Positions 1 through 13,620 of a stretch of 64,000 nucleotides of DNA are shown here, one piece after another. Location of the stretch: NCBI RefSeq assembly GCF_036321535.1, contig NC_087437.1, forward strand, positions 28,832,001 through 28,896,000, written 5' to 3'. The position numbers and the translations under genes were made by a program. The notes under the pieces were generated by a model that saw nothing but the letters and a program-made list of their open reading frames with translations, was not told the origin of the DNA and did no database searches. This DNA comes from Camelus dromedarius (taxonomy: Eukaryota). Positions within the stretch are counted from its first letter, which is position 1, and each line of letters begins with the position of its first letter.

Positions 1-1454
1 GCTAAGCTCTTTTTTTTTCTTTCTTCACCAAGAAAAAGTTGTAAGTATGGGTGAAACAAGGAACAATCAATAATAATAGAAGTATGCCTCCCATGTGGGC
101 AATAGTTTTGGGGAATATAAAGCAGTTGAAATGACAAGAGCCCTATGGCTTTCTCTTCCATCCTTCCCCACAGGGAATCTCCATGACTCCTGCAGTTTCT
201 CATCCTCAGCACCAGGGGCTGGCCTGGGCTGCCCTCCTTCTCTGAACGTATTTGTATCTCAGAGGAGAGCTCAGAGGAGGGCTCTGTTAAAGGCTATAAT
301 TAAGGGCTTTGCTACCAGGACATCTTCTGAGTTGGAAGCGAATTAGTTACCCTTACAAATGTCATCAAGAAGAGCCTCTACGTGACGGCAACTGACTGTA
401 AGCCGTTGTACTCTGCTTTCAATAACTGAAACAACATTCAGCCGGGAGGTAGTTAATTCTGAGCCTTAGTTATATTGATGGCAAAATTAACCTTTCAGGG
501 AGATGTGCTAAAAGAGAAATTAAAGATCGATACTAGATTCGGTATAAAAATCTCTGCCATTAGAACAGCTGGAGTTATATCTGGGCAAAATCTTTAAAAA
601 TTACTTCATTATGATGTGGCATAGAAGTAAACAAATTAAGAAGACAAGTATGTACTTCAACATTGTGCAATTTTTGAATGAAGTCTAGGAAAAATAAACA
701 TGTTTTCATTTGTCACAATTATGGACAACAGTGAAGACTAAGTCTACTTGCATCATCAGTAAATGGCTGCACTGCCCAATCTCATTAAGAATGGATGTAC
801 TACAATGACACTCTGAGAAACGAATCTTTGTGTAAGGCACCAGTTGGTCTAGGGTAGCACAATTTAAAAACTAATAAAAACTAGTCTGACACGCTGACAT
901 TCTATCATCCAGCCCCGAGGTAACGTTTCACCAGAGGCAGCAGATAAATATCAACAAAATTTGTTTAAGCTGGCATTGAAACATGTTTATCTCGTTCATC
1001 TCTTCAAATTACAACAAGATCAAATAAACTGAGTGAAACATTATTGAATATGAATTAAATTATGGTATAACAAGTAAGATCATATTTCTCCAAATATGTA
1101 ATCCATCACTGAACTGTTACATACAGCGTATTCCACTGAAAATAAGAAATCCATTCTTCAAAATCTATGTTAAAAAGGACTCTAACAGCAACTGACACAT
1201 ACTGATTGCATGGCAGTGAAGGGAAAAATGAACCCAGGAGTTTTCCAATGTTTAAAGTCATATAGTTCAAGAATGTTTAAAAATACAAACTTGACCAAGC
1301 AGTTCCATTATTCTGTTATCTTTTTGGTTTTCCTTTCAGTTACACTTGGGAACAAATATATCACCATAGAGTGAATTTAAATATGTAGTTGAGAGTGGGA
1401 AGACGGGAAAGACTAGATTCAGTGGGATTTTCAATAGAAAATACAAATGAAATC

Positions 1455-1530
1455 ATAATTGTCACTAAAATATCTCTAGATAATTGTCACTAAACTATTT
1501 CTAGATAATTGTCACTAAACTAGCTCTAGA
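1455..1530. repeat. 25-bp minisatellite, 3 copies (ATAATTGTCACTAAAnTAnnTCTAG)
   Basis: Units start at 1455, 1480 and 1505: ataattgtcactaaaatatctctag / ataattgtcactaaactatttctag / ataattgtcactaaactagctctag. Confidence 0.95.
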
Positions 1531-2199
1531 CAGCCCTTCTTGGTTAATACATCCAGGAATCTCAGCACATTTTCATGGAATCCTAGGGTCATGTGGAAAA
1601 GAATCTATGAAACTTTAACCTAGCAATGCAGTTCCATAAAAGTTTCTTTTTTTCTTTTTCTTCTCAGACAGAAAACTTCCTTTAAATAAACAGAAAGATA
1701 ACAAACAGCTCCTGATGGTTAACTTTTCATTTATGACCTTTAAGATGTAAAAGAAACTTTTAACAGGAACTCTATTTAGGGTAGAGAGATTCTGTCTTAT
1801 CTTGATGGGAAGGAAACAGCTGCTGCTCAGTCTCCGCCCTCCTTGGTGAGCAGCAGAGGAGATAATGTGTGTGGAAGTTCTGTGGGTCTGTAAGACGCTA
1901 TATAAATGTTACTTGTTAAAAAGTCAAGCAATCCATGGTGTGCGTCTACCTTTCTTGTTTTACTCCTCATGAATTTTTTTCCTTCTTTATTCTGCCTTGT
2001 CTCCAGATGAATGAAAGAACCTTACGAAAGCTGGCTGATGCTAATAAGGAACTGCAATTTCTTAACCTGATACATGTAGAAGAGGTATTAATTTAACCCT
2101 ATACGGCAATGTGGATGCTTGTCTAGCTCCATTCTAGTATTCTGCATGAGCCCTCAATCCAGTTTACACACAACTTGTAATAATCGCCATAAAACAACT

Positions 2200-3620
2200 G
2201 ACTCCTTCATTCATTCAGAAAAACTTTCTTCAGGACTGCTAGGTGTAAGACACTTCTCCTAGGGTCAGAAAAATGAGCAACAGACCAAACAGAAACAAAC
2301 AAACAAAAATCCTGCTATCACGGAGCTTGTATTTCATGGCTTAGGTGCTTATTTTTAAATCTTTTAGGAAAGATTCATTCTCTCTTAGATAAAAATGTTC
2401 AGTTTCTTAGGCATCTTGCCCTTTCTGTTTCTTTCCTTAAGATAATATCCTGATGTCTGAGTGGAAGTTATGTGCTTACCTGACCTCATGAGAAAGGTGA
2501 TGAGTCAGTGTGTGTGTGTGTTTTTTTTTAACTGACTTCTAGTCTTGGGTCTATCCCTAATCTACTTAGTGAAACAATGAGACAGACAAGTTATCAGGCA
2601 ATTACATTACAGTGTGGTTAGCACTGTGACAGAGGCACTATAGACATGACCACCACAGCTCTAGGGGCACCATTCACAGAGGCCATGATGTGAAGAGCCC
2701 TCCTCCCCAGAATTTAGCAGTGCACAACCTATACACTCATATGCGGCAGCCCTAAGAACAGCACAAAAGACAGGTATGGTGTAATTCAGTTTTGGGAATT
2801 AAAAGAAATAATAAATAGAGCGGGGAGAAGTTAAGTTGGATAAAGATGGAGGAGAAGAGTAACTAACGGTCACAGGAACAAAGGCTTAGAAGCCAGAGAA
2901 AACATATCTTAAGAAGGAATTAAAAGAAGTTCACTTTAGCTGGAGTCCTGAGTAGAAGAAGGTGCAGTGAGAAGTGGGGAGGGGAAAGAGGCGAGCATCG
3001 TATTACAAAGAACCTGCAACCTTATTGAGAAGTCTGACCTTTATCCTTAGGACAAGTAGGTACCATAGTAAGATTTTAAGCTGAGGACATAACAAGGGCA
3101 GGTTTGCATATCAGAAGCATTGCACTTGGAATCTGCACAGTTCGACTGGCTTTTTAGTTGCATTGCAGTGAATAGATGAGGAGGCTGTGGTAATAATATA
3201 GCCCGAAGACAAGGAGGCTTGGGCATGGTTTCACATATGGAATGATGAAAAAAGGAAGACTGAAATAAATATTTGACAAGTGGCATTGAGAGTACTTTGT
3301 AATTGGATGTGGGGACTAAGGAAGAGGGAGTAATCTGTTAGATGGCTGAGCCATTCCCTGAAATAGGAAAGAAACCATAGGCAGGCGAGGTGCAAGGCTG
3401 CGAGGAAAGATGAGTTCAGTCTTTCACTTGTTATGTTTTAGGTGCCTGGTGGGCATCCAGGTGGAAATGTCTAAGGAACTACAGCAATACGCAGCTCTCA
3501 TATCCAAAGATGCAATCTGGGGTAGAGTGATCCACTGGGGCAAGGCGGATACATTCACAGATGCTAACTGAAACCATGATATGGGAAGAATTTTCCAGGA
3601 AGAAGATAGCTGTTTCTGTC
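2200..3620 (-). mobile_element. Fragmented LINE-2 (L2) remnant
   Basis: Starts with ttcattcattca (reverse of the L2 tgaatgaa tail). Contains L2-typical antisense blocks such as gatgagttcagt...ttaggtgcctggtgggcatccaggtggaaatgtc. Confidence 0.65.
2631..2753. mobile_element. MER91-like hAT-Tip100 MITE nested in the L2
   Basis: Partly palindromic core ggggcaccattcaca...tgtgaagagccc and terminus gcagtgcacaacct...gcggcagccct resemble recalled MER91B. Confidence 0.6.
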
Positions 3621-4699
3621 TTTTGAATTATTACAACAGCTGGATAAAAATTATCCAAGAAAACGCAAATATACAAGAAATATTTTGTGTATGGGGTGTT
3701 AATGGACTTTCGGAAGTTGGAGAAATTGGTGTTAGTTCCCATCCACTCAACTTTATTGCATACATGTGTAACTCTAAGCAACTTGGCATTTAGTTGTGTG
3801 TTGTAGACATTTTACTCTGACTTGTTTTCTTTCATCATTTTCATCATTTTGATACATATGGATTCAATTTGTTTATATAACTGGTGTTTTTGGTACTCCA
3901 TGTGAAAATACGACCCCATTCATCCAGTCCCTTGTTGATTGGTTATTTCTAATGTATCACTTGTATTAAGAAGCCACAATTCCACCCAGTCAGTCAACTT
4001 TCCAGTGCAGAAAGAACCTTGGATGTAGATAAACTTTGATTTTATCTCATTTCATGCTGGGGTTAATTTCTCTATGCTGGTAAAGGATAAACATTTATAT
4101 AATGACATACTGTGGAATCCCATCCACTCTTATTTTGTGCTCTTAAATGATGTTTTCAAAATATAACTCTTAACATAATAGGAATTTATGCCTCAATTTC
4201 TGGCCTCTGACTAAACATCTGAACATGCATCTGGTTAACAGTGCTTATAGTTGGGTGGTAGGATTGTAGGTGATTTTGGTTTATTTCCTTTACTTTTAGT
4301 GTTTATCAGATTGTGAGCACTGAATATAGATTATTCTTTCAAATTGAAAAAAAAGTTAATTTCAATTGAAAGAAAATGTTTACATATTTAACTGTTTACC
4401 ACCCCAAATTATTTTTCCCTTAGTATTGGAAAAGAAGACATTCATTGACCCAGTTTAATCCTGGGCCCTGTTAGAACCTAAACTTAAAACAGGAGATGTG
4501 GGTTCTTTTACAAATGGCTCCCAATTTTACATATTTGTCTTTTTTTTCCTGTTATTTAAAATACTAAAAAAAATTCCATAAAACTAGATTTTTAACTACA
4601 GCTCACCTTTTCCTTCCCACAGGCCTGCTTAGTAAAATCCTCTGCACTCAATAAAGGAATATGGTTATACACGGTTTGTATAAACCATACATTAAAAAG

Positions 4700-5800
4700 A
4701 AAAGAAGCTGCAATAAGCACATCTATATGTGGTTTCTTACGCACCTATGCAAGAGTTTATCCTAGGTATATACTAAAAAAGTTGCTAAATCAAAGTGTTT
4801 GAACACCTTTAACTAAATACATATATCTGAATTGCCCTTTTCAGTAATTTGATCAACTTATCCATCAATCTAAATTATGTGAGATTTACCCCACATTCTT
4901 TCCAACACTCGGCATTATCACACTTAAATTTTTGCCAATCTAATGAATATGAAATACTTTGTTGTTATTGGTTAACTTAAGCATTCTTGTTCTTTTCTGA
5001 GCCTGTGCATTTTTCATTTGTTTATTGGTCGCCTGAATAACTTAATCTCTCAATTCACATTTTGTCCATTTACTGATTTGGGGGTATTTTTCTTATTGAC
5101 TGACATAAACTCTTTATATATTACATATAAATATATATAATACATAATAATCTTTGATTCCTTGAATAGCAAGCAAGTATATCTTTCCATTCTGTGCTTA
5201 TCATTTATACTTCCTTATGATCCCTTAGGTAAAGTAAGTCAATCTTTTCTTTTATGTTACTGTTTTTTTTCAGTTCTTTTTAAAAGAAATCTTTTTCATA
5301 CCATAAGATTATAAATATATTCTCTTAAATTTTCTATTAAAAATTATTAAATTTTTGTTTTTAAGTCTGGGTCTTTGGGCCATCTGGAATTCCTTTGTTT
5401 AAGTTGAAGGGTAGAGATTTTTTTTCAGAATAAGAGCAACATTTTAAAGAATATTTTTAATAATCCAGCTATCTACTGAATAATTCACCCTCTTTTGACT
5501 GATCTGTAATGCCATTTCTGTCATGTTGCAAGGTTCCACATTTGCAGGGTTCTCCACTTTGTTTCATTGTTGTATTTATCCAACCCTTTGTCAATACCAC
5601 ACTTTTAATTACCATAGCTTTAAAATAAGCCTGAACATTAGATATAGGGCTTATGGATACAGATTCTTCCTTCTCTTCCAAAATATATTGGTTATTCTTG
5701 GCCTTTCATTCTTTCATGTTACTGTATGATCACCTCCTCAAATTCCATGAAATTCCTGTTGGGGAGGACATTGAATTTATTGACGAATGTGGCTAAAACT
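4700..5800 (-). mobile_element. Old L1 (L1M-type) ORF2 3' fragment
   Basis: Minus-strand ORF 5469-5681 contains YFKAMVIK, similar to L1 ORF2 YYKATVIK. Also T-rich antisense L1 blocks such as ccacattctttccaacactcggcattatc. Confidence 0.8.
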
Positions 5801-6244
5801 ATATTACTTTTTAAAGTAAAAAAAAAAACATTTTGAAGAAATATACATTTCTTCAGTACAATATAATATACAATAAAAATGCTCTATTTTGCTAACCTGC
5901 ACTGTCCTGGGGGGCTGAGGCAGATTCCTATTTAACTTGGTGCCAAGGGCAGAGTGGCCAATAGAAGCTGAATAATTGTTCCTTAATTAACTAACTGACA
6001 GAATGAATAAAGGAATGAATGCGAGCCTCTTCATGGTCTTGCTGTAGTGAGGAGAAGTTATATCTATAATAAATGACTAACGGGGAATAAGGATGGCTTG
6101 GTTCCTTAATCCGTCATGATAGATTTCCCATTATTCCTACTGATACTGACAAGAAAATTTCTTTGAAAATAAATTTATAAGAGGTTTTGTCATTACCTTC
6201 TAAAGAAGCCTTTGACATGCAGGCCATGAATCTTGGAAACCACT

Positions 6245-6780
6245 TGCATATTCATCCCTGCAACATCTTTCACTGAGTGCCCACTGAGTTCCAAGTACCG
6301 TTTTAGGTGCTAGAGACAGAGCAGTGAGCAAGAGACAAAATCTCTGCTCTCATGGGGCTTGCATTCCAGAGTGGGTAGGGACTAAACCTTAATAAGTAAC
6401 TCAGTCACGCTGTGTGTTAGAAGGACTGTGTGCCATGGGGAAAATACAGCAAGGGAGAGTTGGGGCTGAGGCAAATGCAGCTTTATTGGAGGGGGAGGCC
6501 TCAATAGTAGATGATAGTAGGCCTTAGTAGATGATAATGACTTGCAGGAGGGCGCAGAGTGAGACAGGAAGACATCTGGGGAAAGGGTGTTTCAGGGAGA
6601 CGGAGTAAGCACCACAAAGTCAGAGGAAGGACCTCGGCAAGCGTGTCTGAAGAATGACAAGAAGCACAGCATCACTGAGGTAGAGGGATCTGGGAAAAGA
6701 ATAGAAGGAAAGGGAGGATCGGGGACCCAGTGTAGGGTCTTGGAGAGCATTGTGAGGACCCTGGCCTTCAGCTCCTGGTT
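6245..6780 (-). mobile_element. L2 3' fragment
   Basis: ctgagtgcccactgagttccaagtaccgttttaggtgctagagacagagcagtgagcaagagacaaaatctctgctctcatggggcttgcattccag is the typical antisense L2 3' end. Confidence 0.8.
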
Positions 6781-9529
6781 GCATAAACCTGCCTTCCAGT
6801 AGAAACTGTTTCTGCAAGTTTGCTATTCTTTTGAAGGAAGTTTCTTAGTTTTTGTCCACTAGGTCATTGTTCTTTCAAAAAAGTTTTTAAGTTGACTTCT
6901 AAACTTTTTCATAATTATTTTAAATGGTTGCCAAGGATATGACTTCTGGTGTATTGTAAATATTTAACATCAACTATTATGTTACTCTTTCAAACATAAT
7001 GGACTCCTAATGCCTCGGCAATCTGTGACACAGTCACAACATTATCCCTTTAAATGATACATGAACGTGCTCTTTAAGTGTTGAAAACTTTACATAGTTC
7101 TTTATCTCCTTGAATTGTTATTTCATTCCAAATCTTGGGCAGAATTTTTTCTCTATGTAATATAAATCTATGCTTTAAAGTGTTTTATGGATCATCTTAG
7201 CATAGTTTGCTACATCAAAAAAATATATATATATGTAAGTTGACATGTCTTTATTATTATTTTTAGTAGTAGTAGCATTTCCTGTGACCATAATGCCCTA
7301 AGTGTCAAAACATATTGTCAGGATTAGTTACATTTATAATACTAATATATATATAATTAATCAAAACAACAAAAATGGGAAATAAATTTTCACAGGGTAA
7401 TATTTAACATAAAGTATAATTTTATTGCAAATGATTTTAAGATATGAGTTGCTTCTTAAAATGAGATAGGTTCAGCATCAATTTCTTTCCTATTTTTCCT
7501 TTTCAATTTTGTTTGAGGGAGAAGTCAAATGCTGAAAAAAAATCATTCATATAAATTAAGTACATGGGAATAGAAGGATTTTTGTTAGAGCAGCGTTCTT
7601 CAATTCTTTGAACTCCTCTAGAACTATACGGCAAAATCACAGAGTGATACATCACAAACATTTCTAATCATCTGCCAGTAGGCAATTCAGTTGGTTCCTC
7701 CCTCATGTTTGTTGAAATCAAATCATTAGTAACAACTCACGTTGCAAAGGGATTTTTTTAAACTGAGTCTTTGGAGTAATTCACTTTCTCAACACTAATG
7801 CCAACAGCCTAAAATATTCCTTTGTTTGAAAAGTCAGAGACTTTTCTTCCTTGGGACAATGCACCTTCAAAAGATTCAAGATGGATGAGAAGGGTAATAA
7901 GGAGGGCAATTCAGTCGGAGAAGGACACGTATGAAAGGAGAAAGGGAAAAGGATAACCTTCTTCAAGAATGTTCTCAGGCAGATCAAATGTAGCTAGATT
8001 ATTCCAGAAGTGGGGAAAAATTTTTTTCATCAAGTGGTAGAAAACTAGTATGGAAAAGCAGTACAAGAGTAATGGAAATGATTGGCATCATCTATTTTTA
8101 ATGTAAATACATTCCATTCCATAAATACTAATCTAGTAAACTGATATTTCCTACTAACTTAACATTCTAGTTAATCACACTGGAAGTTCTGCTGCTGCTG
8201 TAACATTATTTTCAATCTTGAAACCAAATGGACATTGTTTCAGAAACCTATTAGAAAAGACTGCTTACTTTACTTCAAATATTCAGTTTATTTTCAAATA
8301 TTTCCTTTTAATGTAGTTATGAAAGTAGAAAATTTTCTCTTGGACCAAGTATACTCACCATGCTTCAAGAAATCATATATAGAAGAAAATGAGATGTTTT
8401 TCTAGGAAAAAACAATATTGGAATAATTTCCTAAGTGGACTGAAACAAAAACTGATTTGTACCTCAGATACAGGCAACTTTTCATTCTCCAGGTCTTCCT
8501 TTGTTTAAAGAAACTGTCCCAGCTAGTGTGAAAGCTTGTGTGAAACTACTTTGATAGCTCCAGCTGATAAGGCATTACAATACATTAGAACTTAAAACCA
8601 TATTAAAATTTCAATAAGCAAACTGAAGTCACATTCCCTAGTCACCTTTATTTAGTCTCTATAGGAAAAAATAAGCACTTATATCCACTTATATCTTCAT
8701 TCCCTGTGTTGACATTTTGCTGGGTCGGTTCGCTCGCTAAGCACCCTCCACACCCTCACCCCAGTGAGGAGTGTGTGTTCCTCCCTGCTGCGGGGACATC
8801 ACAGCTGGCGGTAATGTGCTAGCTGGTGGGTGTCTGCCTGCATGTTACTGAGAACTTCCTGACTCCCTACGCTCTGATGAAAAAAGTGTGGGGCTGTGTG
8901 TGTTTGTGTACCCATGCTGTAGGGGGTGTTATGGAGTCTACTGTCTGAATGCTCTGAGTAGTTAACACGTTCCTGTTCATCATAAATATCCCCAGAGGAA
9001 CAGTAAGGATCTTTCCAAATCACATGCCCACTGTTTCTGACATCAAGCTAAGCCAGTCTCTCTGTGCATCTTGGTTGTGAAATATGTGAAAGGATACAGA
9101 GGAAAAGAAAAAGGAATGGAGGCTGATGTGAAAGCGTGTGCTCCACTGTTTGTCAGATTCCCTTATCAGGACTCCTCCCACACCCTCCTTCTCTACCAAC
9201 CAGTCCCTCTTTATGGAGTAACTGCCACAATGCATTCCCCAGCAATTCCAAAGTCCCCTTGAAATTTCCTTAAATATATTTCTGAGGTTTGCACGGTAAA
9301 CTTATTTTGAAAGTTATTAAAAATAAAATAGATTAGGTTGAGCAATTCCATTTTGCAATTACTTAAAGAGTATCTTTAAAGCTTTTTTAAAAAAGTTTAA
9401 CTATTGGCTTACCCTAAGCAGAATATTGTCATAAGATATATTAGTAATAACTCCATAATAAATGCTATTATAATAAAATCTAAATTTCTTAACTTGTGCT
9501 AGGAAGCCCGTCAGATCTGAAATTTTGAA

Positions 9530-9950
9530 TTCTGACTGCCTCTCCAGTACTCACTGCCATTTCCCTCACAATTTTCACCTCTTTTCAATTCTTTATCCTT
9601 GCCAAGATGCTTTCCATCTCAGGGCATTCTTCCTCCCTTATCCAGGCAAGCTGATTCACCAGTTCTTATCTTAAACCCACTCTCTTTTAAGATATTGCTT
9701 AGATGTTGGCACAAACTTGGAGAACCCTCTTTAACATCCCTTTGAACGGAATCTCCCAACTACTCTGTACCTAAGCACTACTTCCTTTACAGAATTGCTG
9801 ACAACCTGCAGGAGTTCATTAGCTTGTTTACATATTTTTCTCCAAGGGGCAAGAACCCCATCTGTCTTGTTCACTCCTGTATGTTCAGCTTGTAGAATCA
9901 TACTTGGCTCAAGGTGGGTAGTGAAAAATATTGGTGCATGACTGAATGAA
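9530..9950 (+). mobile_element. L2 3' fragment
   Basis: Ends ggggcaagaaccccatctgtcttgttcactcctgtat...tgactgaatgaa. Confidence 0.7.
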
Positions 9951-11455
9951 AAATAAAATGATAAAGATAGAGAAGAGTCGGTGCAAACAATAAAAATTTA
10001 TCCAAATGAGACAGGGTATTTTCAAAGCACTCACAAATGTGTTTTATACCTATTTACATCGTTTTCTTATACTGGGATACCCATTTCCTACCCTCAGAGT
10101 TTGTACATGTCAGGGTAGCAGTTGCGTGTTGGGTGCCCTGATCAATATGGCCCGAGATGTATTTCGCGACCCAGAGATTTAACAGAAACCTATTTGGTGA
10201 TCCAGAATTTCATCAGAAAAGATGCACCCCCATCTTCCACATCTCAGTTGGCTCTGGTGCCTATTTTTCCACCTCAGCGATCAAAATGTTAAACCACAGA
10301 TGGCCTTATGGGAAGAGTATTGATATCTTCAGGAAGAACTTGGACAGGGCATATGATTTATGCCTCTTGGTTTGAGTCAGGAAAATCAATACCTAACTGT
10401 GTTGCCTTAGTTCTTCTGAGCCGCTTTTAAAAACTTTCTAGGCTAAAATTAACCAAACAAGTTTCCTGATTCACCCTCCATTAAGCAGGAAGTAGACAAA
10501 ATTTAGCTACAGACTGACGGTCTAAACCTTCCCCATAGCTGATAATAAATAGAAGGGCATTACTATGGAAGACAGATGATTCTGCTTGCATGTTTTCCTT
10601 CCCTTTTGGAGAACGTAATCTCTCTCACTCCTGCTGATGAAAAAAATTAACCTCTTTGTCTAAGTCTCAGCATATTCTTTTGCAAGTGGCTCTTTTACAA
10701 AACCTGTTCAAATAATTACAGATCTTAGGAATCACACATTATTAAGTCAAAAATTATGCGTCTAAAATAAGTGTTACCTATGTCGACTTCATTAAATTTT
10801 CACCAGGGACTAATGATTTAATTTGAGCTTCTCTTTCTTTCTGTAATTTTGGAACATTGTATTCTTCATGGGGCAATGCCAGCCAGTTGTTTTCATTTTT
10901 ATTTTAAAATTAAAGGCATTACTTATTTTAGAAAGTCACATCTTTACTCATTAAAGGCTTAGGGCACCTTATGAAGTAACAGGAGAAGCACTGTTTGGGG
11001 CTATAATAGATGGACCTCTGAATGCCATATTACTTCATTGTAAGTCTGAGGTTCTACAATTAAAGTAACTTTAGTATATTTTAGTGTTGTTAACCAAAAT
11101 TTGCCTCTTCACCATCTTTTTGGTAAAGACTGAAAAATTAACTACATAGGGTTTCTTTTTCCATTAAGCCCTTAAAATTTTGTATTATTATATTTGTTCA
11201 TGCCAGACAAAGAAATTTTTTTCAAGATGTATTTGATCATTAGAATGATTTTGATTACCAGTATTCAGTTTTGCTTTGCTTTTTTTTTAATATATATATA
11301 GCATCAAAGTGAGAAGAGAAGGGAAAAATATAGATAAGAATTTGTACTTTAAAGTTAACTTTTTAAATGCAATACATCTAGCTTTAATTATATAATTAGT
11401 TGTACATGACAACCCAACATAATCAGAGGCTATTGCTAATATGACCACAAAGCTA

Positions 11456-11946
11456 CAGCTTTGTTTTTTTCTTTCTCCTTTTTTTTTAAAGTATACTTAT
11501 CTTATAGTATTATATTAGTTTCAGGTGTATAACACAGTGATTTAGTATTTCTATAGATGATGCATTGCACAAAGTTATTATAGTATTACTGATTATGTTC
11601 ACTGAGCCGTATGTTACTGTGACTTATTTATTTTAAAACTGGTAGTTTGTAACTCTTAATCTCCAATTTTACACGTTCCCTCACCCCTCCAAGTTGTGGA
11701 AGCAACCTAAGTGCCACTGATAGATAAATGGATAAAGGAAATGTGGTATATATATGTTTATATCTATAATGGGATATTATTACTCAGCCACAGGAAAGAA
11801 TGAAATCTTGTCATTTGCAACAACATGGATGGGCCTGGAGGGGATTATGCTCAGTGAAATAAGCCACACAGAGAAAGACAAAAACTGTAGGTTTTCACTT
11901 ATATGTGGAATCTAAAAATCAAAACAAACCAACTTTGTTTCTTTTT
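11456..11946 (-). mobile_element. 5'-truncated, 5'-inverted L1 insertion with candidate TSD
   Basis: PolyT plus antisense L1 3' UTR at ~11470-11690, then sense ORF2-end/3' UTR at ~11692-11929 (gtggaagcaacctaagtg...atgtggaatctaaaa). Flanks are cagctttgttt and caactttgttt. Confidence 0.85.
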
Positions 11947-12278
11947 AAAACTGCTCTTTGTGTAGCTATTTTCATACAATTCCATTGTGCCTATAGATAA
12001 ACTTGAAACTGATAGGTATACGCAAATACATGAATCGCAGGGATGCAGACGGCTTCAAAGTGTTACCAGTTTTAGTATCTGGCCTAGATTGCTGAACTCA
12101 TCCGCCAGGCCACTCACTAAGGTGGCCTTTATTATCTAGTTTCTCACTTTACATTTAAAATCTTCTTGAATCATGTCCGCAAATCAAAGTTTTTTTTTCA
12201 GTTACTGAAAATTATTATCTAATGCTATTTTTAAAATAAATCTTTTAAAATATACTCAACTATTTAAAATAGTGGCTA

Positions 12279-12370
12279 GAGGGAGGGAAACAGCGCCATG
12301 GTAGAGTGCATGTTTATCAGCATGCACGAGGTCCTGGGTTCAATCCCCAGTACCTCCGTCAAAAAAAAAA
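12279..12370 (+). mobile_element. tRNA-derived SINE, camelid Vic-1-like
   Basis: gggaggg...tggtagagtgcatg...agcatgcacgaggtcctgggttcaatccccagtacctcc followed by A10. Pol III B box GGTTCAATCC at 12337-12346. TSD aaaatagtggcta / aaaatagcagcta. Confidence 0.85.
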
Positions 12371-12639
12371 GCACTCTCTTGAAAATAGCAGCTAAATTTA
12401 TGTCAAATTTATTTACATCTGTTCTGTTAGGTGATATCAAACAGTTTTAATAGGTGTGTAGTTTCTACTAGAAACTACATAGCAGGATTGAAGGCTCCCC
12501 CTTAAGGGCAGAACACAGAGTAAACTATTCACTAAACTGTTATTAACATGTCAGTTCCTGCAAAACACTTGAATAAAGTTATATATTAAGCAATATCCAA
12601 AAAATAGAATGAATATAATGATTTTGAAGACACCCATAA

Positions 12640-12850
12640 TTTTTGGTGCTGTATGCTGTGCTTCACACACTTAATGCCTAGAGTAACTGTGGATAATAGC
12701 TATTACTTCCCATTTTATGGATTAAAAAAGTAGAGGATCGGAGAGGTGCAGTAATTTTGTCAAGGTCTCACAACTGATAACTAGCAACTAGCCAAAATAG
12801 AGATTTAAACCCAAATGTTCTGATTCTCATCCACAACATAGCTCTTATAA
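12640..12850 (-). mobile_element. MIR SINE
   Basis: cccattttatggatt...gagaggtgcagtaattttgtcaaggtctcacaact...gatttaaacccaaa matches the MIR core. Confidence 0.7.
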
Positions 12851-13620
12851 TTTATTTAATTCCTTTATTTAAGCAGATCAAAGACCACAGATGTTTAAGG
12901 ACAGACAATTTTAATTCCAAGCCAAACAAACCTGTCCCATCTTCCTCTGAGAGTCTGAAAACTAGAAGAGGATGCTACAATTTGATTGCATTAAGGGAAG
13001 TACAAAAAGAAGTACACTGAACCACCGATTTAAGAAGAGATTTTGGTACATATGAAGGCTCAAATGTACAGCAGTCGGGCAATGTAAGGTATTTTACAAA
13101 ACATCTATTATTTAACCTCAACCATAATTGATGCTAATCTAGTTTCTCATGTATGTTTTGGAGTAGAAAATACACTCACTGTCAACTGACATATTTTATA
13201 GCTATTCTATTGTGCCTGACTAAAATTCTTACTTGATTCATGTACTTAAGAAGTGAACAAAGCACAGCTCCATCGTCAAGCCACAGAAAGGAACCAACAT
13301 TATAATCTGAAGAAAATTCTAATGCCCAAACCATCCTTAGAACAGATAATTTTCCGCCATGCAAAGTTCAAGTCACAGCTGGATTCCTAGCTTCTCATTA
13401 TCCACTTATGGTTTCTATACACCTGATAATTTGGCCATTGACGTTAAATTAAAATTAGAAGCACAAGGATGACCCTTGCTTTGGTAATATAATTACAAAA
13501 GACAAAGGAACAAAAGAAAAACAGCTTCTAACACACATCAGTATTAGATACTTGTTACTTATCTTCCTAACATTCATTGTGTTTCCATCTCCCCTCCTTT
13601 CTGTTTTTATGCTCAGATTG

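Noticed and set aside
1455..1530. CRISPR-like repeated 25-mers
   Set aside because: No unique spacers and the context is eukaryotic; it is a simple tandem repeat
6780..7370. Possible DNA-transposon internal remnant
   Set aside because: No terminal inverted repeats or transposase motif could be identified with confidence
12279..12360. tRNA-like sequence with A/B boxes
   Set aside because: The A tail, TSD and degenerate stems indicate a SINE, not a functional tRNA gene
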